In this document: piece by piece, positions 8,371-16,758 of the stretch
How positions within the stretch are numbered: the first letter of the stretch is position 1
Layout of the letters: every line of letters starts with the position of its first letter
Virus record (IMG/VR): IMGVR_UViG_3300020044_007581
Coordinates: 1 to 26,049 of that record
Strand: one strand, 5' to 3'
Length of the DNA: 26,049 bases
From: a virus
Lineage: Duplodnaviria > Caudoviricetes
Program-made: the position numbers and the translations under genes
Notes under the pieces: model-generated
Databases searched by the model: none
What the model was told of the DNA's origin: nothing
The model's input: only the letters and a program-made list of their open reading frames with translations

Positions 8371-8950
8371 CCAGAATGACGAGGAGTGGTACATCCTCAA
8401 ATGGACGCCCGAGCATGGTCGCGTGCTGGACATCGGTGCATGGTGGCCGACGAACCTCTCCAACTCCCGCGCGTTGATTGAAAAAGGCTGGGACGCTGTG
8501 CTGGTTGAGCCATCGCCGGGACCGATGCGGGTTTTGCTTGGCGAGTACGGCCACAACGACAAAATCACGCTGCTCCAGGCCGCCGTCACCGCCCACGGCA
8601 AGCGCATCACCATGCAGGTGACCGACTACCCGGTGTCCACCTCGGATCACAAAGTTTACTCGCTCTGGCAGACTGACCCGCTGACGCAGTACCTCGGGCC
8701 CTTGGTGGTCCCGTCGATGACCCTTGCCGCAATTTTCGAGGAGTTCGGGCGCTTCGACTTTATTGATATTGACGCCGAAGGCCAATCCGTCGAACTCGCG
8801 ACCCAGCTCCTCGAACAGCCCGACGAAATGCTTCCGCAGTGCTTTTGCGTTGAGCACGACGGTTACGCTCCACAGATAGAATCCGCCGCCCGCCGTCGCG
8901 GCTACGTCAATTTTCACGTGACCGGGGAGAACATCGTTGCGGCTCGTTAA
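8363..8950 (+). CDS. FkbM-family SAM-dependent methyltransferase
   Basis: Has SQNDEE, VLDIGA, SNSRAL...GW.AVLVEP, FDFIDIDAEG, and CVEH. Confidence 0.9.
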   Translation: MFSQNDEEWYILKWTPEHGRVLDIGAWWPTNLSNSRALIEKGWDAVLVEPSPGPMRVLLGEYGHNDKITLLQAAVTAHGKRITMQVTDYPVSTSDHKVYSLWQTDPLTQYLGPLVVPSMTLAAIFEEFGRFDFIDIDAEGQSVELATQLLEQPDEMLPQCFCVEHDGYAPQIESAARRRGYVNFHVTGENIVAAR

Positions 8951-9788
8951 CATCCAGCCCGTCCGTAATGAAGCATGGTGCCTGGGCCTCACAGCCCGCG
9001 CGCTGCTTCAATGGTGCGATGATGCCGTGTTCCTCCTCCACGCTTGCACGGACGCCTCTGGGTCAATCCTAGAGGCCGTAGCGGCTGAATATCCGGGGCG
9101 CGTGCACGTCATCCACGAAGCCGAGACGATCTGGCGCGAGATGCACCATCGGCAACGGCTGCTGGAGTACGCGCGATGCCTCGACGCCACGCACATCGCC
9201 GTGGTGGACGCTGACGAGATTATCGCGGGCGACACGCTGCCCGCCATGCGCGACCATGTGGCGCACCTGGCACCCAAGCAGTTCGCCGCCATCAAATTCA
9301 GAAACATCATCGACGGGCTAGACCAGTACCGCGCTGAGCGTGGCCCGTGGGGCACCGACGCGGGAACCATCGTGGCCTTCGGCGATCATGGCCGCCTCTG
9401 CTGGGAGGCCCGCAACGGCTACGACCACCACCAGCGCAGTCCGTATGGCGCAGCGCAGGCCAGTTATATCAACGGCGGCGGACTACTCCATCTTCAATTT
9501 GCCAGCCGTCGCCGCCTACTCGCAAAGCACGCGCTGTACAAGGCATCAGAGCGGGTGAAGTACCCGAACAAATCCATTCGCGACATCGACGCGCTTTACA
9601 ATATGGCGCCGTCGCTGGCCGGAATTACTAGACAGCCGACGCCCGCCGAATGGTGGGCGCCGTATGCCGACCTTATGCCCCACTGCGACATCGACGCGGA
9701 ACCGTGGCAGGAACAGGCGACGCGGGAACTGGTGGCGCAATACGGGCCGTCGCACTTTGGCGGACTTGACCTCTTTGGAGTGGCATGA
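8937..9788 (+). CDS. GT2-like glycosyltransferase
   Basis: Has PVRNEAWCL, W.CD.....ACTDAS, THIAVVDADE (DxD), and LLHLQF. TTG start with GGGGAG upstream. Confidence 0.8.
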   Translation: MRLVNIQPVRNEAWCLGLTARALLQWCDDAVFLLHACTDASGSILEAVAAEYPGRVHVIHEAETIWREMHHRQRLLEYARCLDATHIAVVDADEIIAGDTLPAMRDHVAHLAPKQFAAIKFRNIIDGLDQYRAERGPWGTDAGTIVAFGDHGRLCWEARNGYDHHQRSPYGAAQASYINGGGLLHLQFASRRRLLAKHALYKASERVKYPNKSIRDIDALYNMAPSLAGITRQPTPAEWWAPYADLMPHCDIDAEPWQEQATRELVAQYGPSHFGGLDLFGVA

Positions 9789-10369
9789 GCACAATCCTAA
9801 AACTTACCGTCACCTCGCCGGTCCAATCGCCAACCGAGCCGGTAACGCTGTCGGAAGTGCGCGAAGCGCTGGGCATCCCAGACGCCGATACCTCGCGCGA
9901 CACGCTTCTTCAGGCCTACCTGCCAGCCGCCCGCGAGGTCGCTGAAGCGTGCCAGCAGCGTGACATCGTGACGAAGCAATGGGATTTGTTTCTGTCGTCG
10001 TTTGACGACTATTTCATCACTTTGCGCGACAACACCACCGCCGTGACCACCTTCCGCTACCGCAAAAGCGATGGCGACTACGTGACGATGGTTTCTGGCA
10101 CCGATTACGAGTTTGATTCGGCTTTGGGCATCCTGACACCTGTGAGCAATGGCACATGGCCCACGGCTGAACTGTGGCCGTCTTCGGCAATTGAGATCCA
10201 ATTTACTGTGACGCCGCCAGCGATCCCGAGCAGGCTGAAGCAAGGCATTCTTGCGCTGATCTCCCTGTGGGACGCCAACCGAGTGCCCGCTGAACTGGGC
10301 GCGTCGGCAGTGCAGAATTACCCGTTCATGCTGTCGCTCTTGGAAATCGGCCGCCGTGAAATCGTATGA
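9785..10369 (+). CDS. Head-tail connector/adaptor (HK97 gp6 / phiE125 gp8-like)
   Basis: Has PTEPVTLSEVREAL.I....D.LL..YL.AAREVAE...QR and IP..LKQGILALI..W.ANR. Confidence 0.9.
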   Translation: MSTILKLTVTSPVQSPTEPVTLSEVREALGIPDADTSRDTLLQAYLPAAREVAEACQQRDIVTKQWDLFLSSFDDYFITLRDNTTAVTTFRYRKSDGDYVTMVSGTDYEFDSALGILTPVSNGTWPTAELWPSSAIEIQFTVTPPAIPSRLKQGILALISLWDANRVPAELGASAVQNYPFMLSLLEIGRREIV

Positions 10370-10737
10370 CCAATCGCCAACGTCACAAGGGCAACCCTGG
10401 CCGATTCACGCAGTTGCTCACGATCACCGCATCAAGCGGCGCACGTGGCGACGGTGGAGACTTTCAGCCGGCTTGGAACGGCACTAGCACGCAAGTGCGA
10501 GGCATGTGGCGCAAGACCTCGTACACGGAGGCGGTCATGGAGGGCGGGCGCTTCTCGCGTGCATCGGGCGTTTGGGAGATCCCGTGGATTCCATCGCTCG
10601 CTGAAGATTTCCGCGTGAGCTTCACTGACCGCAGTGGCACCACGCAATACCAGCGCATCGTGGGGATTGACGAGCCAGAGCGGCGCGGGCGCGAGTTGCA
10701 CCTGTACGTTGTCGAGGATGAAGGGGCGAAGTTATGA
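10366..10737 (+). CDS. Head closure / head-tail joining protein
   Basis: 123 aa. Has GRF...LTI......D.GG....W and I.GIDEPE.RGRELHL. Position after the connector and ATGA coupling fit. Confidence 0.8.
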   Translation: MTNRQRHKGNPGRFTQLLTITASSGARGDGGDFQPAWNGTSTQVRGMWRKTSYTEAVMEGGRFSRASGVWEIPWIPSLAEDFRVSFTDRSGTTQYQRIVGIDEPERRGRELHLYVVEDEGAKL

Positions 10738-11165
10738 GAGTGCAGGAAGCCATCACGCGGCAATTGGCGCAAACAAGTAGCGCAACCTACGCGCTGTGCG
10801 GCACGCGGGTGTATTGGAACCTCCTCCCCAAAAATCCGCAATTCCCGCTGGTCCGCATCAGCAAAACCGCGAAGCGCCCGATTATCCAAGGGCTCACCTT
10901 CACCGCGGACCCGAGCATTACCGATATTCAGGTAGGCTGCTTTGCAAAGACGCAGGAAGCCGCCGCAGACCTTGCCGACGCCGTTTCATCCGACCTTTCG
11001 ATATACGGCACCGCATGGCTGTCTTTGCCTCTTACCAGCCCTGTCACCGGCGACGCGCTGACGGCCAAAATCGACCCGACCGGCGAGGAAGACCTGATTT
11101 CCGACGACCTCGTAGAGCTGGGCGTGGCTGGTGAAGCACGCTCGTTCTCAGTTCATACGCGCTAA
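10734..11165 (+). CDS. Tail terminator / tail completion protein (DUF3168-like)
   Basis: Has AL.GTRVYW..LP....FP.V and IQV.CFAKT...A..LADAV...L. Confidence 0.8.
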   Translation: MRVQEAITRQLAQTSSATYALCGTRVYWNLLPKNPQFPLVRISKTAKRPIIQGLTFTADPSITDIQVGCFAKTQEAAADLADAVSSDLSIYGTAWLSLPLTSPVTGDALTAKIDPTGEEDLISDDLVELGVAGEARSFSVHTR

Positions 11166-11218
11166 CCGCGCGCAACCCATAACCCACTAGCTACCGCCGA
11201 ACGGCGGAAAGGAACCGT

Positions 11219-11635
11219 ATGCCTCAAGCCTACAGCGCCGCCGGCTCGTTGCTCCAATTTGGTAGCTCCAGCCCGGTCACCTATACCACCATCCCATATG
11301 TCATGGGGTACTCCTACGGCGGCTCCGAACGGCCGCGCATCGACGTGACGCCAATTTCGGCCAGCGCCTACGAATTCATCGCTGACATCCCCGGCGAACA
11401 GAACGTCTCCTTTGACGTTGCCATTGACCCGGATGACACGCAGCACGCCGCACTGCTTGCGGCATACAACAACCAGACACTCCTGTACTTCCGTGACCGC
11501 CACGACAACACCGGGGCCTGCGATGAGTACTTCACCGGCTATGTGACCCAGTGGAATCGCTCGGCCGCCAAGGGCTCCGCCCGCATGGTTTCCGTGGTTG
11601 TCACGATTACCGGAGCCGTTAGCACCGTCCCGTAA
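11219..11635 (+). CDS. Major tail tube protein
   Basis: 138 aa. Has IDVT.......EFI..I and F.GYVT......A......VSVVVTITG. AAAGGA RBS and synteny fit. Confidence 0.85.
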   Translation: MPQAYSAAGSLLQFGSSSPVTYTTIPYVMGYSYGGSERPRIDVTPISASAYEFIADIPGEQNVSFDVAIDPDDTQHAALLAAYNNQTLLYFRDRHDNTGACDEYFTGYVTQWNRSAAKGSARMVSVVVTITGAVSTVP

Positions 11636-11640
11636 ACCAT

Positions 11641-12081
11641 ATGATCAATCCAATCAACCCGCCAATCGAAGTCGGCTGGCGCGGAAAGCTATATCCCTGC
11701 GATCTCACTCTCGGCCAGCTTGCGCTGGTCGAGGGCGAGGCAGGGGTTGCCATTGTCTACCCGGCTCCGGCGATGCTTTGGCAGAAGCCGGAAGCCTATC
11801 AACGCGGCGTGCTTTTGTATGCCATGCTCAAGCCGCACGATATTCCCACCGCCACACTTACCGAGTGCATGGCGGCCGTCGTCGGCGACCAGCGCGAGTA
11901 TTTTCTGGTCAAGCTCCAGAAGGCCACCGACCGGCTGCGTCCTCAACTGCGGGCTATTTGGGGTGTTGCGGAAGAGGAAGAGGCACCAGCCGACCCTTTA
12001 GCCGTGACCAGTGGTGGACTCAACTCTGGGCAAACTCCCGAATCCACCTTGGAATCGCAGAGCCCGAATTCTGGAGCCTGA
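11641..12081 (+). CDS. Tail assembly chaperone (G-like)
   Basis: Lies between the tail tube and tape measure genes and contains the slippery heptamer C CCT TTA. Confidence 0.75.
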   Translation: MINPINPPIEVGWRGKLYPCDLTLGQLALVEGEAGVAIVYPAPAMLWQKPEAYQRGVLLYAMLKPHDIPTATLTECMAAVVGDQREYFLVKLQKATDRLRPQLRAIWGVAEEEEAPADPLAVTSGGLNSGQTPESTLESQSPNSGA

Positions 12082-12176
12082 CACCTGGGCAACTAATGGA
12101 CCTGTCCACGACGAAAGCAAAGGCAAATGGCGACACCTCGGAACGTAATCACACGCGCGGGCCGATGGCGCGTTGA
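11994..12176 (+). other. -1 programmed frameshift site and GT-like extension of the tail chaperone
   Basis: X XXY YYZ heptamer CCCTTTA at 11994..12000 is in the correct phase. The -1 frame reads PFSRDQWWTQLWANSRIHLGIAEPEFWSLTPGQL..., with the typical LG....FW.LTP motif. Confidence 0.8.
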
Positions 12177-12681
12177 AGTCCAAGGGCTCAAAGCCGTTCA
12201 GACCAGCTTTTCCGAACTGTCGTCTATGCTGTTGGCTGATGGCCGCGTTGAGAAGTACCAGCGCGGCCTCGCCATCGTCAAGTACGGATTTGCGCAGGCA
12301 TCCATGATTCTTCGGGATGCGGCGCGCTCTGCGATTGGCGGAAAATCACGCCGCGTTACCGCCGCCACCTTTGCCTTTGCTGATCTCGACGCAGGCCGCA
12401 CGAAAGCGCAAAAACGCTCATCGCTTGTGGGCGTCAGAACCGGTGCCCCACCGCGCCTAGATCGCAGTATCTACCGCGTGTGGGGTGCCGGATCAACTCG
12501 GAAGAATGGCACCACGGCAACCAACGGGCTCGGCATTTCGCTGGGCCGCATTTTTGAATCCGGCACGCGCTACCACCGCGGCACGCGGTTCTTTTCCAGC
12601 GCCATCCGCAACACGAAATCCCGCGCAATCTCAACACTCGTAACCGCCTACAAGGACGCAATCAGACTATTCAATGGCTAG
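12127..12681 (+). CDS. Basic tail/neck protein, HK97 gp10-like
   Basis: Has VEVQGLK.V at the N-terminus and RIFESGTRYH.G.RFF..A near the C-terminus. Confidence 0.7.
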   Translation: MATPRNVITRAGRWRVEVQGLKAVQTSFSELSSMLLADGRVEKYQRGLAIVKYGFAQASMILRDAARSAIGGKSRRVTAATFAFADLDAGRTKAQKRSSLVGVRTGAPPRLDRSIYRVWGAGSTRKNGTTATNGLGISLGRIFESGTRYHRGTRFFSSAIRNTKSRAISTLVTAYKDAIRLFNG

Positions 12682-15127
12682 CCTAATCGTCAAAATCACC
12701 GGGGACGCAAGTGGGTTTAAGGGAGTCGCGGATTCGCTTACGCGCGACCTCAACTCCATTGCCTCGCGTGCGGATAAAGTCGGCGGCTCCATCAGTTCGC
12801 TGGGATCAACGCTATCGGTTGGCCTGAGCGCGCCACTGCTGGCCCTTGGTGGCGTTGCCGTCAAAGCCTCGGCTGACATGGACTCCTTGCGCCGTGCGCT
12901 TGTCACAACTACGGGCAGTGCGTCGGAAGCGTCGAAACAGTTTGCCCGCCTGGAGGAAATCGCCAAGCTACCGGCTATCGGCTTAGAGGAAGCCGTTCGC
13001 GGTTCAATCCGCCTGCAAAACTACGGACTCTCAGCAGAACTGGCGGAAAAGGCAATGCGTGGTTTTTCCAACGCCATCGGCTCGTCTGGCGGCTCTGCTG
13101 ACGATACGAACGAGGCGCTACGCCAACTCGGGCAGACCTTCGGCCGCCAGAAGGTCACTATGGATAATCTGCGGATTATCCTGGAGCGCGTCCCGCAAGC
13201 GGCCAAGATCATCCGCGAAGAGTTTGGCTCCGCCGCTCTTGCCGACCCCGCCACTGCCCTCGAAAAGCTGGGCGTCAACTCCGAGCAGTTTGTAACCGTT
13301 CTCATCAACCGCTTGAACGAAGCGCAGAAGGTTGCGCCGGGGCTCAAGACGGAAATCGAAAATTTAGGCCAGGAGTTCCAGAAGACCGCCGCCGCCGTTG
13401 GCGATCAACTTGCCCCCGCCATCAAGGACATGATTGGGTATATGTCTGATGGGCTGAAGACCGTGGCAGACTTTGCCAAAGGCTTCGCGGACATGCCGAA
13501 GCCGGTGCAGCAAATCGGGCTGGCCTTCGGCGCGTTTCTTGTCACTGCTCCGCTTGTTGTAACGGCTGTTGGTACCATCATCACTAACTTCGGCGTCATC
13601 GCCGGGGCGGCGGGCACTATCGGAACTGCCGTAGCTGGATTCGCCACCACCCTCGGAACGTATGGCGCGGCCACATCTGCGGCTGTTGGCCTGATGGCTG
13701 GCGCGTGGGTAGCAGGGGCCGCTGTTGCAGTGTACTCCGTCGGCACGCTTGTCAGTGCGTTTTACGAACTCTACGCGGCGCAATCCAAGCTGGACACGTC
13801 CACCAATAGCCTGGCGTTTTCGATTGAAAAGCTATTGGACCGCGTGCGCAAGCAACACCCTGAAGTGGGCGCGCTTGAGTTGCAGTACCGGGCCGGAAAA
13901 TTGTCTGCTGAAGACTTTTCAGCCGAACTGCGGCGGCTTGCGTCTGGCATGGAATCCACGACCGTGCAGGGCACCGCATCAAAGCCGGTCATCAAAGGAT
14001 TGGGCGAGGAACACGGAAAAGCGGCCGAAGCCGTCACGAAGCACGCTAAGGCCATGGAGATGGCAAAGCTGCCTTCCGCCGATCTACTGGCGCTATTTGA
14101 GCGCATGAAGGACGCCGCGCAGCAAAAGCAAGAGCAAATCGGCAAACTGGCCGACATCATGGACCGCTACGGCGTGGTCACGGCTGACGCTGCATTGAAG
14201 GCTGCTCGGTCGCTCGATATCCTGTTTCAATCCTATCGCCAACTTTCCGACGCTCCAGACCTGGGCAACCTCAACCGCATTGATTTTTCAAAGCTGCCGA
14301 AAGTTAAAGACGTAATTAACAGTGGCATCGACCCCAAGCTGTCAGCGCCAATGCCGGGTGATTTTGACGCGTTCAAGCGGTCAGGCCGCAATATCGGACC
14401 GGAAGGCATGTTGACGCGCGAGCAAGCTGATGCAATCAAAGAACGCTACAAGCAGGTAGGCGCGGCTGGAAAAGCTGCCATGCGCCAGGTGTCCACCGTC
14501 GTCACCGACCTCTCCCGCGGCATCGCCGGCATCATCTTCGAGGGCGGCAAGATGGGAGATATGCTCCAGAAGGTGGCGAAGCAGGCAGGGCAGGCTATCA
14601 CGCGCGAACTGATTGAGGGCGCGTTGAAAAATCTGTCCACGCGGCTGCTGGAAGTCGGCGGCATCTTTGGCAAGGTGTTCGGCGGCGGCACGGGCGTAGT
14701 TAAGTCCGTATCGGGAGGAATGGGCGACCTGGGCGGGTCTTCGGCTGGCGGCATCGGCGGCGCTGCATCGGCGGCGGCGGGTGGCGTCACTGGCATGGTT
14801 TCCGCAGTGGCCGCGGTTGGCTCTCTTATTTCCGGTATCGTCGGCAATTTCCAGATGATGGGCATGAACAAAACGCTCGATCTCATCGAGCACGAAGTCC
14901 GCTACAGTCAAATCCACCTCCTCAACACCCTCAACAAAGCCAATGAATACTGGCCTTATATGAAGACTTGCTGGGAATCCCTAATCCGCATGGAGCAGCG
15001 CGGTATGGGTGTGGCTGGCGGCGGAGCCGTGCAGAACAACTTTGCCGGGGCCTACTTCCTGACCGATTCAGCCTTTGAAGACTTCATGCAAAAACAAGCC
15101 CGCTGGTTGAAAGCGCAAGGGCTTTAA
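12674..15127 (+). CDS. Tail tape measure protein
   Basis: 817 aa, Ala/Gly-rich and helical. Has L.VKITGDASGF, LS.GLSAPL..LG, the tape-measure domain (ALRQLGQ.....KV...NLR.I.ER.P) and hydrophobic central segments. Confidence 0.95.
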   Translation: MASLIVKITGDASGFKGVADSLTRDLNSIASRADKVGGSISSLGSTLSVGLSAPLLALGGVAVKASADMDSLRRALVTTTGSASEASKQFARLEEIAKLPAIGLEEAVRGSIRLQNYGLSAELAEKAMRGFSNAIGSSGGSADDTNEALRQLGQTFGRQKVTMDNLRIILERVPQAAKIIREEFGSAALADPATALEKLGVNSEQFVTVLINRLNEAQKVAPGLKTEIENLGQEFQKTAAAVGDQLAPAIKDMIGYMSDGLKTVADFAKGFADMPKPVQQIGLAFGAFLVTAPLVVTAVGTIITNFGVIAGAAGTIGTAVAGFATTLGTYGAATSAAVGLMAGAWVAGAAVAVYSVGTLVSAFYELYAAQSKLDTSTNSLAFSIEKLLDRVRKQHPEVGALELQYRAGKLSAEDFSAELRRLASGMESTTVQGTASKPVIKGLGEEHGKAAEAVTKHAKAMEMAKLPSADLLALFERMKDAAQQKQEQIGKLADIMDRYGVVTADAALKAARSLDILFQSYRQLSDAPDLGNLNRIDFSKLPKVKDVINSGIDPKLSAPMPGDFDAFKRSGRNIGPEGMLTREQADAIKERYKQVGAAGKAAMRQVSTVVTDLSRGIAGIIFEGGKMGDMLQKVAKQAGQAITRELIEGALKNLSTRLLEVGGIFGKVFGGGTGVVKSVSGGMGDLGGSSAGGIGGAASAAAGGVTGMVSAVAAVGSLISGIVGNFQMMGMNKTLDLIEHEVRYSQIHLLNTLNKANEYWPYMKTCWESLIRMEQRGMGVAGGGAVQNNFAGAYFLTDSAFEDFMQKQARWLKAQGL

Positions 15128-16758
15128 TGGGCGTTTCCGTCCTTATCCAATCGACCACACGCAACGCCTTGACGGGGCGTGACGGGGTGACGATTACCAA
15201 GGCACTCCGCACGATTCCCACGGCCACGATTCGCACCATCGACCCGGCCGGCTCATTCCTGCCGGGCGTAGGCAATCTGGTCGAAGTGCAGGACGACCTC
15301 AACGGGCCGACAGTGACGCTGTTCGGTGGATCGATCTCCGAAGTTGAGCGTATCCGGCGCCGCACCAGCATCGCCACGTTGGAAACCAACTGCGCGTGCG
15401 TGGGCAAGGCGGATCGACTGGAGCGGCGCCTGGCTGGCTACTACGAGTTCACCGGCAAAACGGCGGGCTACATCCTCGGGCAATTGGTGGCGAATAGCCT
15501 ATCTGGAGACATCTCCATCGCCTCTCCATCCGGCATCGCAACCGGGCCAACCATCGAGTCTCTAGTGTGGGACTACCCGACCGCCAAGGATGCGGCCGAT
15601 TCCGTCGTAAACCTGTCGCCAGGTTACGAGTACTACGTCAAACCTGACGGCACACTCTCATATTTCCAGACCTCCTCGAACGCCTGCCCGGTAAGCATTA
15701 CGACCGGCGCAAACGTCAACAAAATCACCACCCGCGAGACACGCGAGGACTTCTGTAATCGCGTCACGATCAAGGTAGCCAACGCGCTCCGCGATCCCGA
15801 CACCGAAAACTTCACCGGCGACGGGGCAACGCAGAGCTTTAACGTTGGGTACCCGTTGGCGCAGGCTCCTGAAATCTTCGTCGGCTCGCCAGCCGTGGCG
15901 CAGACGGTCGGAATCATCGGCGTGGATACTGGGAAAGATTGGTACTGGCAGGAAGGATCAACCGAGATCCGCCAGGAAGACACGGACACGCCGCTTGGCT
16001 CAGGCGTGGTCCTGATGGTTACCTACGTTGGCACCGAGTCTATTCTGGTTTCGGCCGCCAACACGACCAGCATCAGCGACCGCGCCACCGCAGAAAACAA
16101 CAGCGGTATCTATCACAAGCTGCTGACGCTGGATAGCAAGCTGACGCGCGCCAATGCACAAGCCGTCGCCGATGCCTACGTTGATCGCTATTCGTCCCTG
16201 TCCGTGGTGATGGTGTTTGAAACTGACACGCGGCTGGAACCGGAAGCAATCAACATCGAACCAGGCCAAACGCTCACCGTTTCGCTCACTGGCTACAATT
16301 GCGCTGGCACCTACTTAGTCCGCTCCGTCACGCTGCAACTGCGAATCAACGACGTCCACCAGGCGCGCTGGGTTGTGAAGGTTGAAGCCGTTAGCGGGCC
16401 TGTGCTGCGCAACTATGTTGACGTTTTCCGCGACACCCCAGGCGGCGGTGGAAACATCACCGGCAGCGGTTCTATCGCTTCATCGACTGGCGGCGCTGGT
16501 ACCTACGTCTACGAGCCCGCAAAGCTGACGGCAAACACAACGATCACCTCTCCAATCCCAGCGACCAGCGGCGCAACGATGGTTGTGTTTATCAAGCAGG
16601 GCGCTGGTCCATACACCATCAGCTTTGACGCCACGCAGTTTAGCCAAATCGTCAACACCGCAATACCGGCAGTTGAAAATATGGAAATAGCGTTTCCGTT
16701 TGTCGGTCGTGGCGATGGCTTATGGTGGCCGATGTCGTTTGCACGCGAGATGTCCTAA
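15127..16758 (+). CDS. Minor tail / tail tip hub-like protein
   Basis: 543 aa, TAATG-coupled to the tape measure gene. Has LFGG.I..V, YYVKPDG.L.YF, NRVTI, and IEPGQ.L.V........YLVRSV, typical of Tal/hub proteins. Confidence 0.7.
   Translation: MGVSVLIQSTTRNALTGRDGVTITKALRTIPTATIRTIDPAGSFLPGVGNLVEVQDDLNGPTVTLFGGSISEVERIRRRTSIATLETNCACVGKADRLERRLAGYYEFTGKTAGYILGQLVANSLSGDISIASPSGIATGPTIESLVWDYPTAKDAADSVVNLSPGYEYYVKPDGTLSYFQTSSNACPVSITTGANVNKITTRETREDFCNRVTIKVANALRDPDTENFTGDGATQSFNVGYPLAQAPEIFVGSPAVAQTVGIIGVDTGKDWYWQEGSTEIRQEDTDTPLGSGVVLMVTYVGTESILVSAANTTSISDRATAENNSGIYHKLLTLDSKLTRANAQAVADAYVDRYSSLSVVMVFETDTRLEPEAINIEPGQTLTVSLTGYNCAGTYLVRSVTLQLRINDVHQARWVVKVEAVSGPVLRNYVDVFRDTPGGGGNITGSGSIASSTGGAGTYVYEPAKLTANTTITSPIPATSGATMVVFIKQGAGPYTISFDATQFSQIVNTAIPAVENMEIAFPFVGRGDGLWWPMSFAREMS

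Noticed and set aside
5548-9788. Gtr-like serotype conversion or DNA hypermodification locus
   Set aside because: No membrane GT or flippase and no base-hydroxylase or thymidylate-synthase-like partner are seen. The genes are coupled into the head operon. Disfavoured, not excluded.
16722-16757. Longer ORF-track starts (16722, 3647, 20210, 20269, 21061, 21949, 22824, 23761)
   Set aside because: Downstream ATGs with stop-start coupling or an RBS fit better. The longer starts overlap upstream genes and mask the signal peptides.
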